DNA of 64,000 bases from Candidatus Margulisiibacteriota bacterium (GCA_028715625.1 JAQURL010000004.1:2061-66060); one strand, 5' to 3'; positions 40,034 through 49,314 are shown, counted from the stretch's first letter. A program made the numbers and translations. The notes: generated by a model from the sequence alone, not told the origin.

Positions 40034-40474
40034 ATGATAAACGAGAAAATTAAGGATAAAAAACAAATACCCGTATTATTTGTCATGCGAACCAATAAAA
40101 ATGGTAATTTAACGAAAAATTCTACCAATGAAGACTTTAGAGAGGTTGCATTAACGCCTATTGATATTTATAGCTCCTACATAGACATCGGAATGTCTAA
40201 AAGAAATGATATGAAATATAAAGAAGCTCTTAAGGCTTTCTCTGCAGCGATTGATATTGATGATTCTCAAGCATCTGCATACTTTAATCGGGCAATAGTA
40301 AAAGAAGAATTGAAGGATTATGAGGGTGCATTGAATGATTACGATCAAGTTATTTATTTAGACAATCATTACACAGAAGCATATATATATCGGGGAGAGT
40401 TAAAAGCCATATTGAAAGATGATATGGGATCAATTAGAGACTTTTTATTAGCAATATATTACAAAATTAAATGA
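40034..40474 (+). CDS. TPR-repeat protein (cytoplasmic)
   Basis: Three TPR-like units (…AYFNRAIVKEELKDYEGALNDYDQVIYLDNHYTEAYIYRG…). Confidence 0.6.
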   Translation: MINEKIKDKKQIPVLFVMRTNKNGNLTKNSTNEDFREVALTPIDIYSSYIDIGMSKRNDMKYKEALKAFSAAIDIDDSQASAYFNRAIVKEELKDYEGALNDYDQVIYLDNHYTEAYIYRGELKAILKDDMGSIRDFLLAIYYKIK

Positions 40475-40615
40475 TTTTTTTACACTATTTATAAGGGATA
40501 TATGTTAAATCAGCAAAAAGACACTTCTAAGACCAGACAAAACACTGTTCTAGTACCTTCTAACCCCATGCAAAACACTTCTAATACCATGCTTTTTGTT
40601 CTAAGACGCTCTACC

Positions 40616-41182
40616 CTATGATTTTGAGAAACCCGCAGAATGTGTGAGACTTGATATAATAAATCCGGTATTGATGACACGCATACAACTTTCAATCCCA
40701 TTATCTATTTTTTCTAAAGAACTCTTGATAGCTTTTGGATCATTTTTCCAGCAGGAAATATCTACCTTGAAACCAATATTTATTCCAAAATGAAAACAAA
40801 TACAGTAATGTACAAAAGTAATTTCTAATAATTTTTTTTGATTGACAAGTCTACATTGACGATTTATTGAAATTTTGGCAAGTTTATATAGCAAATCAAT
40901 TGTTTCAAGAGATAAAAAAGCAGCGAACCCGATTTTTGGAAAGTGATTATTGAAGCAAAAAGCTTCTTTATCTGTTTTTATATTAGACAGATTTTCAGCA
41001 CAAAAGGGCATATTGCCATAAAGTCTAATATAATCCCAAATGATACAAACAATACTCTTAGTATTGATTTTGCTGGCCTTAGCCATCAACAATAATTTAA
41101 ATTCTTCATGTTTTATTAGTTTTAGTCTATCCCTCAAGAGTATTGAAGTTTTTCTAGTCATAAATTTCTTCCTTTTAAACAT
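40616..41182 (-). CDS. Hypothetical protein (possibly degraded mobile-element gene)
   Basis: An ORF on the opposite strand inside the island, flanked by degenerate short repeats; no motif. Confidence 0.25.
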   Translation of the reverse strand: MFKRKKFMTRKTSILLRDRLKLIKHEEFKLLLMAKASKINTKSIVCIIWDYIRLYGNMPFCAENLSNIKTDKEAFCFNNHFPKIGFAAFLSLETIDLLYKLAKISINRQCRLVNQKKLLEITFVHYCICFHFGINIGFKVDISCWKNDPKAIKSSLEKIDNGIESCMRVINTGFIISSLTHSAGFSKS

Positions 41183-41294
41183 TTCTAAATTAAAGAATAA
41201 AAAAGACCTTTTTGGATTTAATCAACACAGACGCAGAAATGATTAAACTAAATTCTGTAATGTATAAAAGTTATTTATTTATAGCATCTATTAA

Positions 41295-41528
41295 ATGGAA
41301 GTGATGAAAATGAAATTAAAAAATAAAAAATTTGATTTCCAAGAATATACTGAAGCATTTATAGATTCCTCTGACAACGACGATCTTGAAAGTTATATAT
41401 CTCAAGACTTTGAAGAGTCCGTTAAGATTGAACAGGAATTGTTGCCAGAACTATGTGAAGAGGACCTTCGTAAAGTCATAAAATATATGAAAAGGAATGC
41501 GAAAAATGTCATCAACAATAAAAGATAA
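41295..41528 (+). CDS. Hypothetical small acidic protein
   Basis: A 77-aa ORF rich in D/E residues, directly upstream of the recombinase. Confidence 0.25.
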   Translation: MEVMKMKLKNKKFDFQEYTEAFIDSSDNDDLESYISQDFEESVKIEQELLPELCEEDLRKVIKYMKRNAKNVINNKR

Positions 41529-42273
41529 ATTATCTGTAAAAGTTGTAGGTTATTGTAGGGTCAGCACAGAGAACCAAAGAGAAGAGGGCACTATCCAAAT
41601 TCAAGAAAAGGCTCTTATCGACTACTGCCGAGAGAACAGACTCGAGCTTATGGCTCTTTTTAAAGATAATGGTGTCAGCGGTGGACTGGAAAACCGTCCA
41701 GCCCTTTCAGAACTCTTTGATTATCTGGAAAATAATTCCGATATTGAAAGCGTAGTTATCTTTAAATTAGATCGATTAGCCAGAGATTTATACATCCAAG
41801 AACATCTTATCAAAAAATTGGAGTTGTTGGATAAGAAGCTTATCAGTATTAAAGAGCCAAACCTTGATAGCAAAGACCCAATGAGAAAAGCTTTCCGTCA
41901 ATTTATGGGTATCGTTTCAGAGCTTGAAAAAGCCTTTATTACAATGAGGTTAAGTGGGGGACGAATTAATAAAGCCAAGAAAGGTGGTTATGCTGGTGGA
42001 GGCCCAGCATTTGGCTATTTGGCAAAAAACAAAGACTTAAAGGTTAATGATGGACAAACTGAAATCGTTAAACAAATCTTTAAAATTAGACGATATAAGA
42101 AATTAAGTTTTGCTAAGATTGCAAGATATCTCAATAACCTTGGAGTAAAAACTGTTAAAGGCGGAAAATGGTACGCCAGTACAGTGAAGTATATAGTAGG
42201 GAATCCTATTTATAAAGGAAAGCTAAGATATAAAGACCAGTTAAATAAACGTAAGGACCTAGGGATAGTCTGA
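41506..42273 (+). CDS. Serine recombinase (resolvase catalytic domain + partial recombinase domain; appears C-terminally truncated)
   Basis: VVGYCRVSTENQ carries the active-site Ser, and ~110 aa of recombinase domain follow with a premature end. AAGGA lies 9 nt before the ATG. Confidence 0.6.
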   Translation: MSSTIKDKLSVKVVGYCRVSTENQREEGTIQIQEKALIDYCRENRLELMALFKDNGVSGGLENRPALSELFDYLENNSDIESVVIFKLDRLARDLYIQEHLIKKLELLDKKLISIKEPNLDSKDPMRKAFRQFMGIVSELEKAFITMRLSGGRINKAKKGGYAGGGPAFGYLAKNKDLKVNDGQTEIVKQIFKIRRYKKLSFAKIARYLNNLGVKTVKGGKWYASTVKYIVGNPIYKGKLRYKDQLNKRKDLGIV

Positions 42274-42297
42274 ATGAAAACATCTGGTTTTCTAAAT

Positions 42298-42558
42298 TTA
42301 TTTATTAGACTCGTTTAATATTCGCTTAATAAGATCATCTGCATTAATACCAAGGCCTTTAGCAAGGCTGATAAAGGAACATAAAGATGGATTAAGTTTA
42401 TCTGTTTCAAAACGTTGGATGTGTCGCCAATGCAAGCCTGATTTAATTGCCAATGATTCTTGTGTAAGACCTTGCTTCTTGCGTTCATCACGAACTACTT
42501 TAGCTGCTGCTTTTAATATCGATTTATCAGGTGCGAAGTGGATATCTGCTCGAGCCAT
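42298..42558 (-). CDS. XRE-family helix-turn-helix transcriptional regulator
   Basis: Contains GLTQESLAIKSGLHWRHIQRFE (HTH_3). Confidence 0.75.
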   Translation of the reverse strand: MARADIHFAPDKSILKAAAKVVRDERKKQGLTQESLAIKSGLHWRHIQRFETDKLNPSLCSFISLAKGLGINADDLIKRILNESNK

Positions 42559-42644
42559 ACCTACATTTTATAGGGTAGCTTCGTTTACTTTTACGACGAC
42601 GTTGTCGTATTATATGGATGTACACTTAATTAAAGGAGTGAACA

Positions 42645-43115
42645 ATGAGAATAATAAATAGAATATGCACTACAATCTTTCGTTATATAATGGTGTGTTT
42701 GATCCTAGTACCAATAACCGTCTTTGCAACGCAGGGATTAGACTCTATTAGGGTTGGGATGAGCGGAGATCAGGTTAAACAAATACTGTCTGAGCAAAAT
42801 GTAACCTATGAATTCATGTATATTAAGAGTAGTTTCTATATGATTTTATACGAATCAACTTGGAAAGGTTATATGGCCGCGACAACTGTTTCAGTAAAAT
42901 ATGATATTGTGGATCATATTACATATGACTTTGCCCCATTTAAAATAATGGCAAGTGCTCAGAGTGATTTAAAAATGAAGTTATTTAATGCTGTTGGTGT
43001 CGGTTCTAATGAACCGATCGAGACCACAGATGGGTGGATTAAAAGCAATCCAAAAAGAGGGGTAACAATTTCTTATAAAAAAGCATCTGAAATGCAAATA
43101 ATCTATGGGAAATAG
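42645..43115 (+). CDS. Hypothetical exported/membrane-anchored protein
   Basis: An N-terminal hydrophobic segment; divergent from the XRE gene. Confidence 0.3.
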   Translation: MRIINRICTTIFRYIMVCLILVPITVFATQGLDSIRVGMSGDQVKQILSEQNVTYEFMYIKSSFYMILYESTWKGYMAATTVSVKYDIVDHITYDFAPFKIMASAQSDLKMKLFNAVGVGSNEPIETTDGWIKSNPKRGVTISYKKASEMQIIYGK

Positions 43116-43578
43116 TACCGGAGTTATAATAAAACTATCTATACTAAGCCTCTTAATTTCTTTTGGATTTAGCTTTTATAGCCCCAAACTTAAAGGTGTA
43201 AAAACCAGAGCTGAATATGTTAAGGTTTTAAATTTACAACATATTGAATATGATGAATCTCCCTTTATAGAGAATGATGAGGATAGGGATCGTTATCGTT
43301 ATTATCGAAATGTTCAATTTGAGGGTTATCCCGCACGGCAGGTAGTTTCTTTTTATAAAGATGATACGATAGATTCTGAAATGTATTCCTTTAAGTCTTG
43401 GGTTGTTGATGTAGACCAAATAGCTTTTTCTTCAGCCATATTCAATGTGTTTGCCAAAATGGATGCTCCTAAGCCCTTACAATTAAACGACAGTTTCAAG
43501 TTCGGCGACATAGGAGAAATTACTGTTTTTGAACCAGAATATATGGGCTATAAGGTGGCTGTTGTTTTCTTCAAATAA
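43105..43578 (+). CDS. Hypothetical exported protein
   Basis: A signal-peptide-like N-terminus; the start overlaps the previous stop (ATGGGAAATAG). Confidence 0.3.
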   Translation: MGNSTGVIIKLSILSLLISFGFSFYSPKLKGVKTRAEYVKVLNLQHIEYDESPFIENDEDRDRYRYYRNVQFEGYPARQVVSFYKDDTIDSEMYSFKSWVVDVDQIAFSSAIFNVFAKMDAPKPLQLNDSFKFGDIGEITVFEPEYMGYKVAVVFFK

Positions 43579-43714
43579 TAGGAACTATGACATTGCATTA
43601 ATTCTTATGATGATCGCTTTTATAACAAATATAAATTAGCCTAGTAATCTCAAGGAATATAACATATATGCGTACAAAGAACCTGTATTCTTTGTATGAT
43701 AAGACCTAAAATTT

Positions 43715-44158
43715 TCATTTATTGTTAAGAGATTCCTTTTTCTTTTTTTTACGATATTCTCTCATGTACTCACGAAAATACTTTTTTTTATTTACTCCTA
43801 ACGATTTGGGAATAGCAATAGTTAATCTATGATACGCATTATTTTTTCTATCAGCTAGCCCTCCAATTTTGTAATAACTATATTCTTTATAATGTGAAAC
43901 CCTTAAATTTTCACAGCTTCCTATATATGCCCCATACACCAACCTATGAACTAGATACTTTTTACGCACTCCCAATTTAGACAAGGAAACAACTTCATAT
44001 CCTTTTGAAGTAATGCTAAGTTTAAGCCATTTCTGAGATTTAACAGAGAAAATTCTTCCTCTATTCGAGATAATATAGAGCTTTTCATATCCTTTAACAT
44101 ATTTTGGTCTTTCGTCCCAGGGAATAACCGACCCTCGAAGGTTGGAAACATAGTTCAT
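43715..44158 (-). CDS. NUMOD4 / HNH_3 homing-endonuclease-like protein
   Basis: Contains IPWDERPKYVKGYEKLYIISNRGRIFS (NUMOD4) and KGYEVVSLS…VHRLVYGAYIG (HNH_3). The internal Met start is preferred. Confidence 0.55.
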   Translation of the reverse strand: MNYVSNLRGSVIPWDERPKYVKGYEKLYIISNRGRIFSVKSQKWLKLSITSKGYEVVSLSKLGVRKKYLVHRLVYGAYIGSCENLRVSHYKEYSYYKIGGLADRKNNAYHRLTIAIPKSLGVNKKKYFREYMREYRKKKKKESLNNK

Positions 44159-44379
44159 ACGTGTATTATACAGCAGTATTTGTGGTGTACACAATTTAAC
44201 ACCATCTATGGCTTTGTTTAAAAAGAGTAAAAATAAGTATACCACCATTATTGGATACATCTCTTTATAAACCGCATACTAGTTGGATGCATTGATGAAA
44301 AATAAAATAAGTTTTTAAAACATTATTAGTAAACTTTTGAAAGGAAAATATAAAAACTAAAAAAATAAAGGAGTAAAAA

Positions 44380-44508
44380 ATGATAGCTAAAGGTAACACA
44401 CTAAGAAATGACAACAACAACGAAGCAATAATTAGAAAACTAACTAAATTAAATCGTAGAGCCCCAGTAATTGTCTATAGACTGTCTGCTTTGGGGGCAA
44501 AACAATGA
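44380..44508 (+). CDS. Tiny ORF (42 aa) upstream of primase
   Basis: AAAGGAG RBS; the stop overlaps the next start (ATGA). Confidence 0.25.
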   Translation: MIAKGNTLRNDNNNEAIIRKLTKLNRRAPVIVYRLSALGAKQ

Positions 44509-44639
44509 GAAAGATTTATAAACCAACTTACTCGAGGTACTACGAAAAAGAGATTATAAAAAAGCACAAAAAGCTGAACAGAAAGAATCCAGTGAGAGCC
44601 TATACCCTATATAAATTGGAGGGAAAGCGCTATGTGTAA
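44505..44639 (+). CDS. Tiny basic ORF (44 aa)
   Basis: Translationally chained between the two neighbouring small ORFs; K/R/Y-rich. Confidence 0.25.
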   Translation: MRKIYKPTYSRYYEKEIIKKHKKLNRKNPVRAYTLYKLEGKRYV

Positions 44640-44775
44640 AGGCGTAAAAAAACGCAGAAGAGCCAGGAGGGAAAAGCGACAACGAATGGGCAAAGCACAG
44701 GCAAGTTGGCTTAAGGCGTTGACTAGAATGCACAATAAGTTAAAGGCTGAAGAGCTTAATAAAAAAATTAAATAA
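44632..44775 (+). CDS. Tiny highly basic ORF (47 aa; MCKGVKKRRRARREKRQR…)
   Basis: Overlaps the previous ORF's stop; Arg/Lys-rich, like small phage DNA-binding proteins. Confidence 0.25.
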   Translation: MCKGVKKRRRARREKRQRMGKAQASWLKALTRMHNKLKAEELNKKIK

Positions 44776-44789
44776 AAAAGGGGATATAC

Positions 44790-47063
44790 ATGTTTAGACC
44801 AAATAACAATAATAATTATTATGCGATGTTTGAGGATCAGACTCTTATTGCCGATTTAAAAAAAAATGGAAAAATCACAGAATTTGGTCATGCACCAAAA
44901 CCTATAAATCCTATTCTTGCTAAAACAGCAAATGAGGAGGGTTATGGAATTTTTTTTCCAATTCAAGAAACGCTACCAAATAGAAGAGCTTTAAAAGATA
45001 TTACGGCAATTCGTTGTTGGGCAATAGACCTTGATAATGGCTCGAAAAATGAGTTGACAGAATTAATATATAAATCACCACTTAAACCAAGCTTAATTGT
45101 CGAAACCAAGAATGGTTTCCATGTATATTTCTATGCTAACGAGAAAATAGTAATAAACAATGAAAATCGAGAGGAAATGATTAAGCGATACAGGGAAATC
45201 GTTGAAAAACGTCTTGTTCCCTTTTTTCGCTTGAAGGATGAGAAAGGAAATCTCATATATCAAAAGGATCAAAAAGGAAATAAAAAAGAAGTTGGCGCTG
45301 ATGGCAATGCTAAGGATTTATCAAGGATGCTTCGAGTCCCTGGATATTATCATTGTAAAGATAACAATAACCGTTTCTTGGTTAAAGTCGTCGCGGAGAA
45401 TGGGGCTAGTTATAGTGAACAACAAATGCTTGAGTCTTTTCCTGTTAATGAAACAAAACCTGAAAACCCACAAGAGAAATCAAAAAACTTAAAAGAGCCT
45501 ACAACTCCATCATTATATCAACTTTCAAAATTTGATAGCAAAAAGGGTCTTGAGCTTCTTTCGGGAACTGAGGCTGTAGGCTTCGAAGAATATTCTTTTA
45601 AGCCAAATAGCAATGGGACCTTACAAATTTTTGTAAATGGAAACAGCTCAAGTTGTTGGATAACAAAAGAAGGATTTATTGGAAGCCACGATAAAGGTGG
45701 ACCGACTCTTGTTCAGTGGCTGAAGTATTTTGGCCATGATTCCAAGAAAATCTGTGAAATTACCAAACATGTTTTTGGATTTGATAATAACTTGAGTGAA
45801 CAAAACATTGCAAATCTATTAACTATCGATGATTCAATAATTTATGATTCTCATGGATTTTATATGTACCTTAAAGATAAAGGAGTTTGGGAAAGTATTT
45901 CTAATGAGTATATAGGTAAACGAATTATTGTTTTGTTAAATAAATTTGCTTTCTCACCAAAAAACAGAGATTTAGATAATACCATCAATTTTATGAAAAA
46001 GTATTTTCTACCTTCAACATCGAAGGGTAAAAAAAGTGTTTTAAATCAAAACAAAGATATTTTTGTTTTAAAAAATACCATATTGAATCTCAAGATACTA
46101 GTTCCCCAACCTTTTAACAAGGAGCTATATTCGACGATACAAGTAGACTACACATATAATCCAAAGGCGCAATGCCATCGCTGGGAAAAGTTTATTTCAG
46201 AAGTTCTTCCCGACCCAAAGTTACAATTATTAATTCAGGAAATTGCCGGCTACTGTTTAACAGCTGAGACAAAACATCACAAAGCGTTTTTTCTGGTTGG
46301 AGATGGACGAAATGGAAAGTCTGTTTTTTTAAATATTTTAATAAAAATGGTCGGCAAACAAAATTGCTCACATGTCGACTATAGTAAATTGGAGGATAAT
46401 TTTGGTTTGGCTACTATGGTGAATAAGTTGTTAAATGTGAGCAGTGAGATCAGTGGATTATTCAAGAAAGAAACAGAGAATTATAAAAAAATTGTTGGTG
46501 GCGACCCTGTTGAGATAAACGAGAAACACAAACCGCAGTATGAAACAACGCTTTTTTGTAAGCTAGTATATGCTGCCAACAGCCTTCCAGCTTCGGCGGA
46601 TCGAACATATGGTTTTTTCTCCAAATTCTTAATAATTCCTTTTGAACAGAGGTTTACCGAGAAACTTGGAAATCAGGATAAGGATTTATCCTTAAAACTC
46701 GAGGAAGAACTGTCAGGAATATTTAATTGGGCTCTTACAGGGTTACAAAGGTTAAATAACCAGAATTTTTTTACGGAATCAGAAAAATCAGAAAATGTCC
46801 GTCATGAATATGAGAAGGACTCAAATAATTTCTTGATTTTTTTTGAAGATACCTTTGAAGCGTCTGAAACCGGCAATATAAACGCTGGTATCCTTTACAA
46901 ATTGTATAAAGAATATTGTGAAGAAAATACATATAAACCATTCTCAAAAAGAACAGTTGGCATTGAATTAAGCAAATTTCCTTTCTTTTCTAAGAGTAAG
47001 ATAAATAATGAACTCTTCTATTTTGGGTTTACAACTATTAAAGGAGAGAAACTTAATGACTAA
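44790..47063 (+). CDS. Bifunctional primase-polymerase / P4-family primase-helicase (Prim-Pol + D5_N + P-loop C-terminal domain)
   Basis: The N-terminal Prim-Pol motif is RCWAIDLD, and the central P-loop is GDGRNGKSVF. The 757-aa architecture is typical of phage/plasmid P4-type primases. Confidence 0.8.
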   Translation: MFRPNNNNNYYAMFEDQTLIADLKKNGKITEFGHAPKPINPILAKTANEEGYGIFFPIQETLPNRRALKDITAIRCWAIDLDNGSKNELTELIYKSPLKPSLIVETKNGFHVYFYANEKIVINNENREEMIKRYREIVEKRLVPFFRLKDEKGNLIYQKDQKGNKKEVGADGNAKDLSRMLRVPGYYHCKDNNNRFLVKVVAENGASYSEQQMLESFPVNETKPENPQEKSKNLKEPTTPSLYQLSKFDSKKGLELLSGTEAVGFEEYSFKPNSNGTLQIFVNGNSSSCWITKEGFIGSHDKGGPTLVQWLKYFGHDSKKICEITKHVFGFDNNLSEQNIANLLTIDDSIIYDSHGFYMYLKDKGVWESISNEYIGKRIIVLLNKFAFSPKNRDLDNTINFMKKYFLPSTSKGKKSVLNQNKDIFVLKNTILNLKILVPQPFNKELYSTIQVDYTYNPKAQCHRWEKFISEVLPDPKLQLLIQEIAGYCLTAETKHHKAFFLVGDGRNGKSVFLNILIKMVGKQNCSHVDYSKLEDNFGLATMVNKLLNVSSEISGLFKKETENYKKIVGGDPVEINEKHKPQYETTLFCKLVYAANSLPASADRTYGFFSKFLIIPFEQRFTEKLGNQDKDLSLKLEEELSGIFNWALTGLQRLNNQNFFTESEKSENVRHEYEKDSNNFLIFFEDTFEASETGNINAGILYKLYKEYCEENTYKPFSKRTVGIELSKFPFFSKSKINNELFYFGFTTIKGEKLND

Positions 47064-47268
47064 TCTACAACCGTATCTTACAGCGAAGGACGTCTCAAGA
47101 GTCCTTCGTATCGGACTCTCAACGGTTTATGCCTATGTTTGCAATGGTGCGCTAAATGCTGTTGAGCTTCCTCACACACGAGATTCTGTAGCTAAAAAGC
47201 GCAACAAAAAGTCAATTAGATTTAAAGTTGAGGATATCCAGAACTTTATGGATAATCTCAGTAAATAG
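47056..47268 (+). CDS. AlpA/Xis-like helix-turn-helix excisionase/regulator
   Basis: YLTAKDVSRVLRIGLSTVYAYV (HTH_17-like), sitting immediately upstream of the integrase. Confidence 0.55.
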   Translation: MTNLQPYLTAKDVSRVLRIGLSTVYAYVCNGALNAVELPHTRDSVAKKRNKKSIRFKVEDIQNFMDNLSK

Positions 47269-47280
47269 GAAAGAAAAGCT

Positions 47281-48285
47281 GTGGCGTTTATCAAAACAAT
47301 TTCTGGTAAAAAAGGCGTTACTTACCACATTGATGAGTATATCAATGGTAAACGTCGCAGCAAAAAAATCCCTGCACGGAATATGAAAGAAGCTAAGGAG
47401 TTTTTGAATAGTTATCTTTGGGAAAGGGTCAACTTCAAAACCCCTAGTCTGATGATGAAAGATATTCTGTTTAGTGAGTTAGCAAAAGAATATAGGGAAT
47501 TCTCCATGACAAGGAAAACAGTTGTTACTTTGTCCAGAGAACAGTCGATTATAAAAATCCTCAATACAGAAATTGGCAATATGTTGCTTAAACAAATTAA
47601 TTCAAATATTGTCGAAGCTCTTCAAACAAAGTGGAGCAATCATGGTAAAGCCAATAAAACCATAAATAATAGAACAGTATTGCTATCATCCATATTAAAC
47701 TACGCTATAACAAAAGAATACATACCTTATGCCCTCAAAATTAAACCTTTAAAAACAGATATTATCAGACCAAAATTCTATACTGATGGTGAGTTAAAAC
47801 TAATTCTCGAAAGTGCTGATGAAATGTTAGGTAACATTATTAAGGTTCTAATAAATACAGGGCTAAGAACAAATGAACTAAGACATTTAAAATGGGAAGA
47901 CATTGATTTTAAGAATAAATTATTAAGAGTTGAAAAATCAAAATCTCACAAATTCCGTGTAGTCCCAATAAACAATAAACTTCTAGAGTTATTGAATTTC
48001 TTAAGGAAAAAGAAAACACACAAACAAATATATCTCTTTGAATTTAATGAGGGCTTACCTATAAATGACTATTACCATAAATTTAAACGGTTATTAAAAA
48101 AGCTAAATATATCGGGCGATGTGCATCAGTTTCGCCATACTTTCGCCACACAATTAGTAGAGAGAAACGCTAACATTTACGAAGTCCAACACCTTCTTGG
48201 TCACGCCAGTGTTCAGACTACCCAGCGTTATGCCCACGTTAAACAGGATAAACTATTTCAGACAGTTAATCTGTTGTGTGGTTGA
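47281..48285 (+). CDS. int: Tyrosine-type site-specific integrase
   Basis: R (GLRTNELRHL), H-x-x-R (HQFRHTFAT) and H…Y (LLGHASVQTTQRYAHV) catalytic residues; GTG start. Confidence 0.85.
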   Translation: MAFIKTISGKKGVTYHIDEYINGKRRSKKIPARNMKEAKEFLNSYLWERVNFKTPSLMMKDILFSELAKEYREFSMTRKTVVTLSREQSIIKILNTEIGNMLLKQINSNIVEALQTKWSNHGKANKTINNRTVLLSSILNYAITKEYIPYALKIKPLKTDIIRPKFYTDGELKLILESADEMLGNIIKVLINTGLRTNELRHLKWEDIDFKNKLLRVEKSKSHKFRVVPINNKLLELLNFLRKKKTHKQIYLFEFNEGLPINDYYHKFKRLLKKLNISGDVHQFRHTFATQLVERNANIYEVQHLLGHASVQTTQRYAHVKQDKLFQTVNLLCG

Positions 48286-48321
48286 AGTATGCTATGAATT
48301 CGAGTTAATATGTAAAAAGAA

Positions 48322-49155
48322 ATGAAAATTGGTTCGACTAAAACTTTTATTGATGCTTTAAATAACATAACAACAAGTGATGATTATGAGTTGTTTTTTC
48401 GAGGCCATTCACAAGAAAAAAAATATAGTTTGATTCCTGCAATTTATAGGCCTAAATATATAAATTTTTTAAGGAATGAGGATCGAATATTCAGAGAAAT
48501 TCTTTCATATCTGCCTGAAGATTTCAGAAATGAAAAAACTACATTTGATTGTCTTGTAAAAATGCAACATTATTCAATACCTACTAGACTGTTGGATTTG
48601 ACAAAAAATCCTCTTGTAGCCCTTTACTTTGCAGCGAGAAAAGATATAAAATTAAGAGGCGAAGTAGTCGTTCTTAAAATACCCAAAAAAGAAATTCGTC
48701 ATTTTGAAAGTGACAGTGTTTCAATTGTATCAAATCTTTCAAAACGTCCATTCAATTTTGATATTTCAGGATACAAGATCAATCGAATTAATATATTCAA
48801 CAAGAAAAAAGAGATAAGCTACCTTCTTCATGAAATAAAAAGTGAAAAACCATATTTTTTGTCAATTATTGAGCCAAAAACGATTGGTTCCGTTTTATGT
48901 GTTAACCCCAAAATGAATAATCAAAGAATACTACGACAAGAAGGTGCATTTCTTTTGTTTGGTATTAATCAAACAAAAGAAATGCCTGCAACAATTCAAA
49001 AAGATTGGATATTATTTAATAGCGAAAAGAAAAAATTTTTAATCTATCAGAAAGAAAAAATTTTGAATGAATTAAATCGCGTAGGCATAAACGAAAGGTT
49101 TTTATTTCCGGAGCTAGATAAACAAGCAGAATTTTTAAAGGCAAAATACGCTTAA
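48322..49155 (+). CDS. FRG-domain protein
   Basis: ELFFRGHS, MQHYSIPTRLLDLTKNPLVALYFAA and NQRILRQEGAFLLF match the FRG domain (PF08867) conserved blocks. Confidence 0.75.
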   Translation: MKIGSTKTFIDALNNITTSDDYELFFRGHSQEKKYSLIPAIYRPKYINFLRNEDRIFREILSYLPEDFRNEKTTFDCLVKMQHYSIPTRLLDLTKNPLVALYFAARKDIKLRGEVVVLKIPKKEIRHFESDSVSIVSNLSKRPFNFDISGYKINRINIFNKKKEISYLLHEIKSEKPYFLSIIEPKTIGSVLCVNPKMNNQRILRQEGAFLLFGINQTKEMPATIQKDWILFNSEKKKFLIYQKEKILNELNRVGINERFLFPELDKQAEFLKAKYA

Positions 49156-49200
49156 AGACGGTTACCCCATTGTGTGTATAGACTGTGTAAAATCTTAAAA

Positions 49201-49228
49201 ATAAAAAACCTCTAGTTTCCTAGAGGTC
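49201..49228 (-). terminator. Rho-independent terminator of tRNA-fMet (minus strand)
   Basis: A 7-bp perfect stem CCTCTAG/CTAGAGG with a 4-nt loop, followed on the minus strand by TTTTTTAT. Confidence 0.45.
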
Positions 49229-49238
49229 GCATAATTAC

Positions 49239-49314
<76 letters not shown>

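Noticed and set aside
40500-40620. A possible CRISPR array
   Set aside because: The repeats are ~10 nt, degenerate and irregularly spaced. There are no 25-40-nt conserved repeats with unique spacers and no cas genes.
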